A DNA stretch of 64,000 nucleotides. Source: an uncultured delta proteobacterium. GTDB taxonomy: Bacteria; Desulfobacterota; Binatia; DP-6. Position 1 is the stretch's first letter. Every line of letters starts with the position of its first letter. The position numbers and the translations under genes were made by a program. The notes below the pieces were generated by a model. The model was not told the DNA's origin. It saw only the letters and a program-made list of their open reading frames with translations, and made no database searches. The DNA lies in assembly GCA_963815115.1 (NCBI GenBank), contig CAWFFN010000007.1, positions 1,120,001 to 1,184,000 of the forward strand, in the 5' to 3' direction. Of the stretch, positions 30,294-44,517 are shown piece by piece.

Positions 30294-31658
30294 CTACGGA
30301 GACGCGCGCTGGATGCCGTATTTCTTGACGAGGCGGCCAAATGCTCGCCGGTCCTTCTGTGCTTCCACTGCCGCGTGCGTGACGTTCCCGTTGTGGCGTC
30401 GCAGGACATCCTCGACATACTCCCGCTCGAACGCGGCGACGACGCTGGCGCGGGCGCGGCGAAAGCCGGCTGTCGGGTTCGGCGAAACCGCCGGTTCGGG
30501 CACCATGACGTGTGCCGGCAGGATATGGGTGCCCTCGCACAGCACGGCTGCCCGGTGCACGATGTTGAGGAGCTCGCGGATGTTGCCGGGCCAGGCATGC
30601 AGCCTGAGCTTGCGGAGCGCTGCTCCCGACAGGCGCTTGTGTGGGCCGGCGGTCGACCGCTCGAGCGTCGTGAGAAAGTGACGCGCCAACAGGTCGATGT
30701 CACTACCGCGATCCCGCAACGGAGGCAGGTGGAGACCGAGGACGTTCAGCCGGAAGTAGAGATCCGCCCGGAACTCGCCGCGCCGCACGGCCTCCTCGAG
30801 GTCACGGTTGGTCGCCGCGATCACGTGCACGTCGGCGCGACAGAATCGCTCGGCTCCGAGCGGCTTGAAGGTGTGCTCCTGGAGAAAGCGCAGGAGCTTG
30901 GCCTGGGCGGGAAGCGACAGAGCGTCGATCTCATCCAGGAACAGGCTGCCACCGTCGGCCATGGCGACCAGACCCTTCTGATCCCGGTGCGCGTCGGTAA
31001 ACGCGCCTCGGGCATGACCGAAGAATTCGTTCTCGAACAGATGATCAGGAACTGCAGCGCAATCGAGGGCGATGAACGGGAACCTGCTCCGCCGGCCCAG
31101 GTGATGGATCGCGCGCGCCACCAGTTCCTTCCCCGTCCCGGTTTCCCCGGTGATCAGCACCGAGCAACCGCTGCGGGCAATCAACGGAAGCTGATCGAGC
31201 ACGCGTGTGAACGAAGGATGGTTCCCGATCAGCTGCAAGAGACCCAGCTCCCGCGTGAGCCGTCGATGTGCGACTTCCACCTCGTCCCTGCCGGCGGCCA
31301 CGAGCCGGCGGAGGCGATGGCGGAACTCGTCGCGCCGGTCCGGAAAGAACGCGAAGTCGTCCGACGCGTCGACCGCGGAGCGAAGAACCGCATCCTCGGC
31401 CATCTCCGACACGACCGCGAGGATGGGCACGGCGATCGCCTGCCGTCCGAGCCAGTCGAAGAGCTCCACTGCTCTCGGTGCCCGCGGCGCGGCCACCGCG
31501 ATCATGAGATGTGCCGCGCATGGCAAGGTGGGGCGGGACTGCAGCGCCTCCCAACTGGTCCGCTGGAGACGGAAGCTCGGGTCGGACGACAGAGAGGAGA
31601 TCGGGAACTCGTCGGACCCGGACGGGTGAGGCTCGATCAGGAGCACGTCGTGGGTCAT
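30294..31658 (-). CDS. Sigma-54 enhancer-binding protein with a degenerate receiver-like N-terminus, divergent from the CIS locus
   Basis: [31 protein letters not shown] and a Fis-type HTH. Confidence 0.9.
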   Translation of the reverse strand: MTHDVLLIEPHPSGSDEFPISSLSSDPSFRLQRTSWEALQSRPTLPCAAHLMIAVAAPRAPRAVELFDWLGRQAIAVPILAVVSEMAEDAVLRSAVDASDDFAFFPDRRDEFRHRLRRLVAAGRDEVEVAHRRLTRELGLLQLIGNHPSFTRVLDQLPLIARSGCSVLITGETGTGKELVARAIHHLGRRSRFPFIALDCAAVPDHLFENEFFGHARGAFTDAHRDQKGLVAMADGGSLFLDEIDALSLPAQAKLLRFLQEHTFKPLGAERFCRADVHVIAATNRDLEEAVRRGEFRADLYFRLNVLGLHLPPLRDRGSDIDLLARHFLTTLERSTAGPHKRLSGAALRKLRLHAWPGNIRELLNIVHRAAVLCEGTHILPAHVMVPEPAVSPNPTAGFRRARASVVAAFEREYVEDVLRRHNGNVTHAAVEAQKDRRAFGRLVKKYGIQRASP

Positions 31659-32075
31659 CTCGCCGAACTCAGAGCGCCGCGTGGCCCCGCGAGCGGATGT
31701 CCTCGACCTCCGGCAACGACCGCGCTGGGCTGGGCGAGCGCGAGCACTGTTGGATCACCCCCGTAGTCGGCGCATCCGGCGCGCTCGTGGCCAGCCCTCC
31801 CTACAATCGGAGGCTAGCTACATAGCCTCCGTCTCCGCAAATCGTCAAGCGCTCTTTGCTGTAAAGAACGTTCCCGCCCTTCATCTGCGTGCGAATGGAC
31901 CCGCAATGTGGCCTGACGGTGGGACGTCGCCGACCCGGTGCCGGGCAAGTCGCGTCCCGCGACCGCCAAAAGCGCAACTGCTTGTTTCTGCGGCCAGTTC
32001 CCCCTCGAACGGTCTGAGGCCAGACCTTCGGTCTCACCGACACGTCGCGAGCCGCGTCACGACGCGACGCCCGGG

Positions 32076-32091
32076 TGGCCCCTCCTTTGCT
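32076..32091 (+). promoter_or_regulatory. Sigma-54 (-24/-12) promoter
   Basis: TGGCCCCTCCTTTGCT (GG-N10-GC) directly upstream of a small ORF. Confidence 0.7.
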
Positions 32092-32113
32092 TCCCGCTAC
32101 CCACAGAGTGGAT

Positions 32114-32410
32114 ATGCAATTGGGGAGCAATGAGGACACCGTGCCGCCGTATGCACGAGAAATTCTCGACTATTTCCTCCACAACCAGAAGGCGGCGGTG
32201 GATGTAGAGGACATGGCTCGGTGGCGGCTACTCGAGTGGATGGTACGTCACACGCTGGAACAGACAGACGAGGCTCTGCGGTGGCTCGCCGGGAAGGGCT
32301 TCCTGATCGAGAGCCGGACTCATCCCCGATCGATCTTCAGCTTCAACGAGGAGCGGGCAACCGACGCCAGGCGCTTTCTCCGTAGTCGCACGGCGCGGAG
32401 CCGGCCCTGA
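32114..32410 (+). CDS. Small winged-helix-like hypothetical protein (alternative start GTG 32141)
   Basis: AREILDYFLHNQKAAVDVEDMARWRL...EALRWLAGKGFL; follows a sigma-54 site. Confidence 0.65.
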   Translation: MQLGSNEDTVPPYAREILDYFLHNQKAAVDVEDMARWRLLEWMVRHTLEQTDEALRWLAGKGFLIESRTHPRSIFSFNEERATDARRFLRSRTARSRP

Positions 32411-32739
32411 GCCCTCGGTAATCGGCACGCCGCGGACGGACGAGCCGACCAGACCGGCGACCGGCATTGCGGCATGAAGCTGCGCCGACCTCGAGGTGAT
32501 GCCGTCCCGGCGGGTGTCGCTCGAGAGGTACCCGATCGGCCGCGGTGCATGCAGCCTTGCCGGGCTGCCGCCGACCCGGTACCGGGTCGATTCCAACCCG
32601 CCTGTCGCAGGTTTGCCGGCCTCTCCTCGGCGACGACGTCCTCGGCGTCGGGGCGGTGGAGCGTGCGCCAGCCAGCCCCGTCCGGGCGGCGCAGCGACCG
32701 GCAGACGTCTGGTTGGCCAAGCGCAGCGGAGGAGTCAGA

Positions 32740-32755
32740 CGGCATGCCACTTGCT
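32740..32755 (+). promoter_or_regulatory. Sigma-54 (-24/-12) promoter of the CIS operon
   Basis: CGGCATGCCACTTGCT, close to the TGGCACG-N4-TTGCW consensus, about 235 nt before the sheath gene. Confidence 0.75.
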
Positions 32756-32987
32756 CCGTTCATCCGTCCACAAGGAGAGCCAGCTGACCCCTCGGAATGC
32801 GCAGGTTGCGGCCGTGGCCGCAGAGGCAATCCTCCGGCCCCCCTCCGTAGCCCACGGGACACCGGCGACCTCGCGGAGATCCCCGCTGGGGCCGCTGGAC
32901 AGCGACCAAGTGCGAGACGCCACGCGGCCGCATCCGCTCTCCGGGCGAGCAACCACGGGACACGCGATCGACTAGGGAGGAGTGAGC

Positions 32988-34790
<1,803 letters not shown>

Positions 34791-34800
34791 GGAGGAGGCC

Positions 34801-35325
34801 ATGGCGCAGTTCACCGTCAATGCACAGCGGTTCGACCCCTACAAGAACTTCAAGTTCCGCCTCAAGTGGGACGGCAAGTACGTTGCCGGCATCAGCAAAG
34901 CCAGCGGGCTGAAACGCACCACCGAAGTGGTCAAGCACCGCGAGGGCGGCGACCCCAGCAGCAGCCGCAAATCACCCGGCCGCACCGAATATGACGCCAT
35001 CACCCTCGATCGCGGAGTGACCCACGACAAGGAGTTCGAGCAATGGGCCAACAAGGTGTGGAACTTTGGCTCGGGACTCGGCGCCGAGGTGGCTCTGAAG
35101 GATTTTCGTAAGGACATCATCCTCGAGGTCTACAACGAGGCCGGGCAGCTCGCGATCGCGTACAAGATCTTCCGCTGTTGGGTATCCGAATTCCAATCGC
35201 TTTCCGATCTCGACGCCAACGCCAACGCGGTAGCCATCCAGCACATCAAGCTCGAGAACGAAGGCTGGGAACGGGATGTGGAGGTTCCGGAGCCGACTGA
35301 GCCGACGTTCACCGAACCGGCTTGA
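34801..35325 (+). CDS. Tail tube protein (T4 gp19/Afp1-5-like)
   Basis: DPYKNFKFRLKW...REGGDP...ITLDRGVT. Confidence 0.95.
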   Translation: MAQFTVNAQRFDPYKNFKFRLKWDGKYVAGISKASGLKRTTEVVKHREGGDPSSSRKSPGRTEYDAITLDRGVTHDKEFEQWANKVWNFGSGLGAEVALKDFRKDIILEVYNEAGQLAIAYKIFRCWVSEFQSLSDLDANANAVAIQHIKLENEGWERDVEVPEPTEPTFTEPA

Positions 35326-36065
35326 TGTCCCCCATGCGCGCGCTGACGGCCACAGAGCTGCTGGGCGCCTGGGAACAGGGCGTGCCTCAGTCGGCCGTGG
35401 AGCGGGCGTTGACGTTGCTCATGCTCGCCACCGACCAGGCCCCGGAACGGCCGGCTGAACTCAGCATCGGCCAGCGCGACGCGCAGTTGCTGGCGCTGCG
35501 TGAACGCGCCTTCGGGCCTCGCATGACGGGACTGGCGCAGTGTCCCGCGTGCGGTCTGCAGATGGAGCTGGACTTCACCGTGGACGACGTCCGCGTCACC
35601 CCGCCTTCTGAACCGCTCGATATCGGCAGGCTGTGCATCGGCGACTGCGAGGTGTCATTCCGTCTGCCCAACAGCCAGCACCTGGCGGCGATCATTCCCC
35701 AAGGGGACGTGTCCTCGAGCAAGCGCGCGCTCCTCGAGCGGTGCCTGGTGTCGGTGCGCAGCCAGGGGAAGGACATCCCCGCGCAGGACCTGTCCGAGGA
35801 AGTGGTGACGGCCATTTCCCAGCGGATGGCTGAGGCCGATCCGCAGGCCGACGTGCAGCTGGCGCTGACGTGTCCGCAATGTGGCGACCGCTGGCTCGCG
35901 CCGCTGGACATCGCGGCGTTTCTCTGGAGCGAGATCCATGCGTGGGCGGTACGACTGTTGCGCGAGGTCCACACGCTGGCCTCGATCTACGGCTGGCGCG
36001 AGTCGGAGATTCTCGCTCTGAGCCCGCTGCGACGCCGGGCCTATCTCGAATTGATCGACCGATGA
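35325..36065 (+). CDS. CIS-associated protein with two CxxC motifs (baseplate/assembly chaperone-like)
   Basis: CPACG and CPQCG, and LLREVHTLASIYGWRESEILAL. Confidence 0.75.
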   Translation: MSPMRALTATELLGAWEQGVPQSAVERALTLLMLATDQAPERPAELSIGQRDAQLLALRERAFGPRMTGLAQCPACGLQMELDFTVDDVRVTPPSEPLDIGRLCIGDCEVSFRLPNSQHLAAIIPQGDVSSSKRALLERCLVSVRSQGKDIPAQDLSEEVVTAISQRMAEADPQADVQLALTCPQCGDRWLAPLDIAAFLWSEIHAWAVRLLREVHTLASIYGWRESEILALSPLRRRAYLELIDR

Positions 36066-36967
36066 CCGACTATCTCGGCTCTCTGGTGGCGCGCACGCTG
36101 CCCTCCGACACGGGCGTCCGCCCACAGCTGTTGTCGCTGTTCGAACCGTCGCCCGCTCGCATCGGGTTGAACGTCCCGGTCGACCGCGCCCCGGAGACCT
36201 CGGGCGAATCCCTTCCCGTTGCGGCACGTGTCGTGCCGCCTCCGGCGCGTGACCTCGGGCTTTCTCATGTCGATCGCGATGCAGTACGGGATCCGTTGCC
36301 TCCCACACCTCAGGCTGCATCACGGCAGCAGGTCCCGCCGTCCCGCGATCAAGCGGAGGCTCAGCTGCTGCGTGTGCTTCCGCGGACTGGGCCCGCACCG
36401 GACGGCGCCGCCGAGTCGTCGGCGGGGCCCCGGGATCGGGAAGTGGACGCTGTCGGCCCTCTCCCGGCAGGCCGTGCGGATGATGGCGGCAGAGCAGAAG
36501 TCCGGGCTGACCACGGCGTCAGCAGGTTGCCGTTGCGGCCCCCGGCTCCGCTCCAGCCGGCGACGGCCGCCCCGCCGGCACAGTCGACCGCTGCCATCGA
36601 CCGGGTGGTTCCGCCGTCCTCGTCCCCGGGTCCCGTGATGGCGTCGGTCCGCAGGTCGGAGGCCCGAGAAGGCGCGCTGCCTTCGCTACCGGATCACCCC
36701 TCGCTGACCCCGAAGGCCGCCGTTGCCCCGGACGTGCAGCCGGCGCGTCCCGTGATCCGGCCGGTGATACCGGTCACGCAGATGTCTCCCCGGAATCTCC
36801 CGCCGGCGGGCATCGCATCGCCACCTTCGATCCAGGTGACGATCGGCCGCGTCGAGGTGCGGGCCGCGCCGTCTCCGGCTGCCAGGAGCCGGCCCCAGGC
36901 TCCCACGGCACCTGCGGTGACGCTGGAAGACTATCTCCGCCAGCGCGCGACGGGAGGTCCGCGATGA
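36062..36967 (+). CDS. Pro-rich, probably disordered CIS protein
   Basis: ATGA-coupled on both sides; ends IQVTIGRVEVRA...LEDYLRQR. Confidence 0.7.
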   Translation: MTDYLGSLVARTLPSDTGVRPQLLSLFEPSPARIGLNVPVDRAPETSGESLPVAARVVPPPARDLGLSHVDRDAVRDPLPPTPQAASRQQVPPSRDQAEAQLLRVLPRTGPAPDGAAESSAGPRDREVDAVGPLPAGRADDGGRAEVRADHGVSRLPLRPPAPLQPATAAPPAQSTAAIDRVVPPSSSPGPVMASVRRSEAREGALPSLPDHPSLTPKAAVAPDVQPARPVIRPVIPVTQMSPRNLPPAGIASPPSIQVTIGRVEVRAAPSPAARSRPQAPTAPAVTLEDYLRQRATGGPR

Positions 36968-38162
36968 GCAACGCTCTTGCCATCGCGGCCGTGACCGCCA
37001 CGTTGAGCAATCTGATCGCGAAGAGCGTCCACGATCTGCCCAACCAGAACGTCACGACCAAACCCCTCGACAAGGCGCGCGCGAGCAACACGAATCCGGA
37101 TCAGCTCAACATCTTCCTCTACCAGACGGTGCTCAACGCGGCATGGCGGAACATGGACATGCCCCGACAGGTGAGGCCCGGAGAGACCGGGCAGCCCCCC
37201 CTCGCGTTGAACCTCCACTACCTCATCACCGCCTACGGCCAGGGTGACGACGAGACCCGGAGCCATCGCTGGCTGGGCGGGGCCATGAGCGTGTTGCACG
37301 ACCATCCGGTGCTGGGCGCGCAGGAAATCGAGGACGCGTTGAAGGAGAGCGAGCTGCAGGGGCAGATCGAGCGGTTGCGCATCACGCCGCAGCCCCTGTC
37401 GCTGGACGAGCTGTCGAAGCTCTGGACGGCCTTCCAGACCCAGTATCGCATTTCCGCCGCGTACGAGGTCGAGGTGGTGTTGATCGAGAGCACCCGGCCG
37501 GCGCGCACCCCGTTGCCGGTATTGACGCGTGGAAAGGATGATCGCGGCGCAAGCGCGCAAGCGGATCTGATCCCGCCCTTTCCGACCATTTTGGATGTGC
37601 AGCCGCCGAACAAACAACCCAGCGCGCGGCTGAACGAGCCGGTGACGGTCACGGGTTTTCACCTCGACGGCGACAGCGTCGCAGTGCGCTTGACGACATC
37701 GCGCCTCACGACACCTCGCCTCGAGGCCGCGACCGGTACCGCCGAAGAGGTCGTGTTGACGATCCCCGACGATCCGGCCAATTTGCCGGCCGGCCTCTAC
37801 ACGGTCGCCGTCCGGATACGCAAGGCAGGCCTGCCCGATCGCTTCACCAACGAGTGGCCGCTACAGATTGCGCCGGTCATTGCCGCGATCGCTCCCGCGG
37901 CCGTATCCGCCGGGAACATCACGCTGACGGTCACGTGCCGTCCGCAGATCCGGCCCGAGCAGCGCGTCTCCCTGCTGTTCGGCGACCGAGAAATTCCCGC
38001 GGCCGCGCACACGGCGCAGACCGACGCGCTGACCTTCCCCGTCGCCGGCGTCGAGAAGGGCGAGTATTTCGTTCGGCTGCGCGTGGACGGCGTGGACAGT
38101 GTGCTGGTCGACCGCCAGGCCGAGCCGCCGGGCTTCGATCCGACCCAAAAGGTGACGATCAC

Positions 38163-38166
<4 letters not shown>
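36964..38166 (+). CDS. DUF4255 (Pvc16/Afp16 cap) + IPT/TIG domains
   Basis: MSNALAIAAVTATL, LNIFLYQ..NAAWRN and LALNLHYLITAY. Confidence 0.9.
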
Positions 38167-40372
<2,206 letters not shown>

Positions 40373-40376
<4 letters not shown>

Positions 40377-40672
40377 ACATCACGGTCCACATCGAACGCT
40401 TGGTGCTGCACGACCTGCCCGCGACGAGCGCTCGGGGTCCGCTCGTGCAAGCCGGCGTCGAAGCCGAGCTGACGCGCCTGCTCGCCGAGCGCGGGCTGGA
40501 CCCCGGGCCCATCCGCGCCGTCCCCTACCTCTCGGCTGGCATCATCGAGCTGGGCGAGCACGGCAAGCCCGCACAGCTCGGGCAACAAATCGCCCGCGCC
40601 GTTCACGGAGCTCTCACGCCGGCCCCAGCCCTGCCGCGTCGGCCTCCCGCGAGCCGAGGAGCGCGCGGGTGA
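40373..40672 (+). CDS. Small CIS hypothetical protein
   Basis: MNITVHIERLVL...LGQQIARAV; coupled to its neighbours. Confidence 0.7.
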
Positions 40673-41580
40673 CGGCACGACAGGTCGTGCCGGGCCGGCG
40701 TGTGGCGGCAGTCCCTCCCTCGCTCACCCCCGTGCGCACGGGACTCCCGCAGAAGTGCGCCTGCGGCTTCGGGTCCCGCCCGGGCGGCCAATGCCGGGAG
40801 TGCGGCGAGAAACGGTCGCCGTTACGGCAGCGTGCCGTCGGACCAGCATCGGCATCGACCATGGAGGCACTGCCTGCCTCTCGCCACGCGGTGGGCTCGG
40901 CCGGCCAGGGACGGGACGCGAACCAACGCCGGTTCGTGCCGTCACGCTTCGGATACGATCTCAGCCGCATAGTCGCCCGCCATCATGTGCCGCGAGGCGA
41001 CCCAGCGAAGGCGGTCGGTATCGCGCCCGAGCAAGAGGAAGGCCCGAAGCCTTCACCCAGGAACGGGAGCGCGAGCATTCAATGCGATGGCGCTGGCGGA
41101 TACGAGATCACCTATGGCACGTGGGCAGGCGCGACCTGTGGCACCAAAGGCTGTGTGACCATTCACGAGAGCTCTCACATGGCCGACTGGAAAGGGAAAT
41201 GGCCGACCGGGTGCAAGGGACAACCCAGGGGATACGTGCCCAAGGGTGATCCTCCGGACAACCCGTTGATGACGGTTGCCGAGTACGACGCCTTCCTCAA
41301 GGAGAGCGAATGCAAAGCGCACACGGTCGACCTTGCGTGTGCGGAGGGACTCGCCAAGCCACCCGGGTGCGAGGCCACGGTCGATGACTACGTCAAGCTC
41401 ACGCGAGAGCAAAAGGCGAAATGGTGTCCGACCTCCAGGGCGGCGAAGGTAGCGGCCGGCCTGGCCGGCGGCGCGCTCGCCGGAGCGGGCATCGGGGCGC
41501 TGGCGGGTGGGCCAGCCGGTGCGGCGATCGGTGCCGGCATCGGTGCGCTGGTCGGCGGAATCGCCGGGGCATTTCTCTAG
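40669..41580 (+). CDS. Putative CIS effector: truncated DUF4157-type leader + Cys-rich HExxH domain + glycine zipper
   Basis: QKCACG..CREC, FGYDLSRI, CVTIHESSH, ECKAH and GGALAGAGIGALAGG. Confidence 0.7.
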   Translation: MTARQVVPGRRVAAVPPSLTPVRTGLPQKCACGFGSRPGGQCRECGEKRSPLRQRAVGPASASTMEALPASRHAVGSAGQGRDANQRRFVPSRFGYDLSRIVARHHVPRGDPAKAVGIAPEQEEGPKPSPRNGSASIQCDGAGGYEITYGTWAGATCGTKGCVTIHESSHMADWKGKWPTGCKGQPRGYVPKGDPPDNPLMTVAEYDAFLKESECKAHTVDLACAEGLAKPPGCEATVDDYVKLTREQKAKWCPTSRAAKVAAGLAGGALAGAGIGALAGGPAGAAIGAGIGALVGGIAGAFL

Positions 41581-41595
41581 TTTGGTCGACTCACA

Positions 41596-41814
41596 ATGAC
41601 GAAGGAGAAAGCGGTCGGGCTCGCGTCACGGTTCGCGGAGCAGCAAGGATATGATCCCCGCCAATACGACACGACGGCATCCAAAACGGCGGCTGAATGG
41701 ACGATACACTTTCAGCGCAAGAGCACGCTCACAAAACCACGACCAGGAGATTTCTTCACCGTCTACGTGAACGACCACTCGGGGACGGTTGAACGGATCA
41801 CCCATGGGAAATGA
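41596..41814 (+). CDS. Small putative immunity protein (PepSY-like helix + beta-meander)
   Basis: EKAVGLA...WTIHF...VYVNDHSGTV; starts 15 nt after the effector gene. Confidence 0.55.
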   Translation: MTKEKAVGLASRFAEQQGYDPRQYDTTASKTAAEWTIHFQRKSTLTKPRPGDFFTVYVNDHSGTVERITHGK

Positions 41815-41891
41815 ACTCGACACCCGAACGACCAGGTGCAATCCACGGTGGCCGGCATCGAGCGCGCACCGGCTCAGAAGGGATGTGAACG

Positions 41892-42551
41892 GTGAGTACC
41901 TTTCCGGGCTCTCCTCGCCTGCTCAAGGGCGGCATCGTGCTGATCGATCCGGACAGCAGTGCGGTGCAGCGCATCATCGCGTTGCAGTACAATCCGGACA
42001 CCCTCACCCGCACCTTGCAAGTGAAGGCGTTCACGGGGGATAGCGGCGATCGGTCGGAGGCGTTGCGCATCAAGGGGCCCCCGGTCGAGACCCTCAAGCT
42101 CGACGCGGAGATCGACGCGACCGATCAGTTGGAGTTCCCCGATCAGAACCCGAACGCCACCCAGTTTGGTGTCGCGCCCCAGCTCGCCGCGCTGGAGACG
42201 ATCCTGTACCCGACCAGCAGCCAGCTTCTGGCCAACAACGCACTGGCGCAATCGGGCACGCTGGAAATCGTGCCGATGCAGGCGCCGTTGACGCTCTTCA
42301 TCTGGAGCAAGAATCGCATTCTCCCGGTACGCCTGACGGAATTCAGCATCACCGAGGAAGCGTTTGATCCCGCGCTCAATCCAATTCGCGCCAAGGTCAG
42401 TTTCGGGATGCGCGTTCTCAGCGTTGACGACCTGGGCTTCGAGCACAAAGGCGGGAATCTCTTCATGATCTATCTCCAGGCCAAAGAGCGGCTCGCCTCG
42501 GTCAGCCAGGGAGGGGCCTTCGGTACCCTCGGCATCACGGGCATCCCATGA
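41892..42551 (+). CDS. CIS tube-initiator-like protein (Afp7 N-terminal part)
   Basis: LQYNPDTLTRTL and ITEEAFDPALNPIRAKV. Confidence 0.8.
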   Translation: MSTFPGSPRLLKGGIVLIDPDSSAVQRIIALQYNPDTLTRTLQVKAFTGDSGDRSEALRIKGPPVETLKLDAEIDATDQLEFPDQNPNATQFGVAPQLAALETILYPTSSQLLANNALAQSGTLEIVPMQAPLTLFIWSKNRILPVRLTEFSITEEAFDPALNPIRAKVSFGMRVLSVDDLGFEHKGGNLFMIYLQAKERLASVSQGGAFGTLGITGIP

Positions 42552-42868
42552 GCGCGAACACCCTTCCACCGGCAAGCCGCTACTACAACGTGGAGACCGC
42601 GACGCTCGAAACCACAGGCGCCAAGACCGTCATCTACCTGCGCCGTCGCTTCGTGCCGGCGCCCGATCGCTTTGTCCTGTTGCAGGAACACATCGTCACA
42701 CAGGGCGACCGATTGGACAACATCACCGCCACGTATCTCGGTGACCCGGAACAGTTCTGGCGCGTGTGCGACGCCAATGCGGCGATGCGACCCGAGGAGC
42801 TGACGGATACCGTTGGCCGCCGATTGCGCATCACGCTGCCCGAAGGGATTCCCGGCCAGACCTCATGA
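42548..42868 (+). CDS. LysM-domain baseplate protein (Afp7 C-terminal part/gp53-like)
   Basis: VTQGDRLDNITATYLGDPEQFWRVCDAN. Confidence 0.88.
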   Translation: MSANTLPPASRYYNVETATLETTGAKTVIYLRRRFVPAPDRFVLLQEHIVTQGDRLDNITATYLGDPEQFWRVCDANAAMRPEELTDTVGRRLRITLPEGIPGQTS

Positions 42869-43989
42869 ATGCGGCCTTCCATCTCACCCTGCTCGTCGGA
42901 CCGGTCGTTCCGGTGCCGGCGCCGCAGGTCGTGCTCGACGCGTTGACCGGCGTGCAGGTCACCAGCAACACCGACGGGCCGAGCGGCTTTCAGCTCACCT
43001 TCACGCTGAGCAACAAGTCGCCCTTGCAGACGATCTTCCTGGTGGCGGCGGGCCAGACCCCGATGCTCCGGGTGATCATCATCATGACGCTCAATGGCGC
43101 GCCGCAGGTGCTCATGGACGGCGTCATGACGCGCAACGACATCTCACCGGGGAGTCAACCTGGCGAGTCGACCCTGACGGTCACCGGCGAGGATCTGACC
43201 AAGGCCATGGACCTGATCGACTTCACCGGGATTCCGTACCCGGCGATGCCGGTCGAGGCTCGTGTGGCGCTCATCGTCGCCAAGTATGCCGTCTTCGGCA
43301 TGGTCCCGCTGGTCGTCCCGACGTTGTTTCCCGACGTCCCGATTCCCATCGAACGCTACCCGACGCACAAAGGCACCGATCTCAAGTATCTTCGTCAGCT
43401 TGCGGCGGAGGCCGGCTACGTCTTCTACGTCGACCCGGGGCCGGCACCTGGAGTGAACATCGCCTACTGGGGACCCGAGATCAAGGTCGGCGTACCACAG
43501 CCCGCCCTGAATCTCGATATGGACGCGCACACCAACGTCCAGTCGCTGACGTTCAACTTCAACACCGCGAATACCACGTTGCCGATCGTCTACATTCAGA
43601 ATCAGCTGACCAAGGTGCCGATTCCGATTCCCATTCCGAATGTGAATCCGTTGCAGCCGCCGTTGGGTGTGATCCCCGCACCGATCACCAACGTGACGGT
43701 GCTGCGCGAGACGGCGAAGCTGTCGCCCATGGCCGCCGTCATGCGCGGCTTGGCGGAGGCGTCGCGCTCCGCTGACGCGGTCTCCGGCTCGGGCACTCTC
43801 GATGTCGTCCGCTATGGCCGGATGCTGAAGGCGCGGAGCTTGGTGGGCGTCCGGGGCGTCGGCATGGCGTACGACGGTCTCTACTTCGTGAAGAGCGTGA
43901 CCAGCACGATCAAGCGCGGCGAGTTCAAGCAAAACTTCAACCTGACGCGCAACGGCCTGGTGTCGATCACACCTGCGGTGCCCGCATGA
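42865..43989 (+). CDS. Baseplate hub (gp27-like half of a split VgrG)
   Basis: LTVTGEDLT..MD, TDL.YLRQLA..GYVFY, and GVGMAYDGLYFVKSVT; position fits. Confidence 0.78.
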   Translation: MNAAFHLTLLVGPVVPVPAPQVVLDALTGVQVTSNTDGPSGFQLTFTLSNKSPLQTIFLVAAGQTPMLRVIIIMTLNGAPQVLMDGVMTRNDISPGSQPGESTLTVTGEDLTKAMDLIDFTGIPYPAMPVEARVALIVAKYAVFGMVPLVVPTLFPDVPIPIERYPTHKGTDLKYLRQLAAEAGYVFYVDPGPAPGVNIAYWGPEIKVGVPQPALNLDMDAHTNVQSLTFNFNTANTTLPIVYIQNQLTKVPIPIPIPNVNPLQPPLGVIPAPITNVTVLRETAKLSPMAAVMRGLAEASRSADAVSGSGTLDVVRYGRMLKARSLVGVRGVGMAYDGLYFVKSVTSTIKRGEFKQNFNLTRNGLVSITPAVPA

Positions 43990-44498
43990 CAGAGAAGCAC
44001 TACGGCAAGTACCGCGGCATGGTGCTCAACAACGTCGACCCGATGCAGATAGGCCGCCTGCAGGTCCAGGTGCCGGACGTTGCCGGGCTCATCCCGTCGT
44101 CGTGGGCAATGCCGTGCTTCCCGGTGACCGGCAAACAGATGGGCATGTGGTCGATTCCGCAGATCGGCACGGGGGTGTGGGTCGAGTTCGAGCAGGGCGA
44201 TGCCGACTATCCCATCTGGAGCGGCTGCTGGTTTGGCTCGGCAGCAGAAGTCCCCGCCATCGCCATGCTGACGCAGCCGCCCCTGTCGAGCTTCGTCCTG
44301 CAGACGGCGACGCAACACGTGCTCCAGCTGAGCGACCTGCCCGGCCCGACCGGCGGCATCCTCCTGAAGACGCCCCTCGGGGCATTCATCTCCATCAACG
44401 ACACGACCGGGATCACGATCTCCGATGGCAAGGGCGGAATGATCAACATGATCGGCGGTGTCGTCACCGTCAACCAGGGCGCGCTCTTGATCAAGTAG
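43986..44498 (+). CDS. Baseplate assembly protein V / gp5 OB-fold spike
   Basis: YGKYRGMVLNNVDP..GRLQVQVP and VWVEFEQGD..YPIWSG. Confidence 0.92.
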   Translation: MTEKHYGKYRGMVLNNVDPMQIGRLQVQVPDVAGLIPSSWAMPCFPVTGKQMGMWSIPQIGTGVWVEFEQGDADYPIWSGCWFGSAAEVPAIAMLTQPPLSSFVLQTATQHVLQLSDLPGPTGGILLKTPLGAFISINDTTGITISDGKGGMINMIGGVVTVNQGALLIK

Positions 44499-44517
44499 CG
44501 GCGAGGCGGGACCAGGA

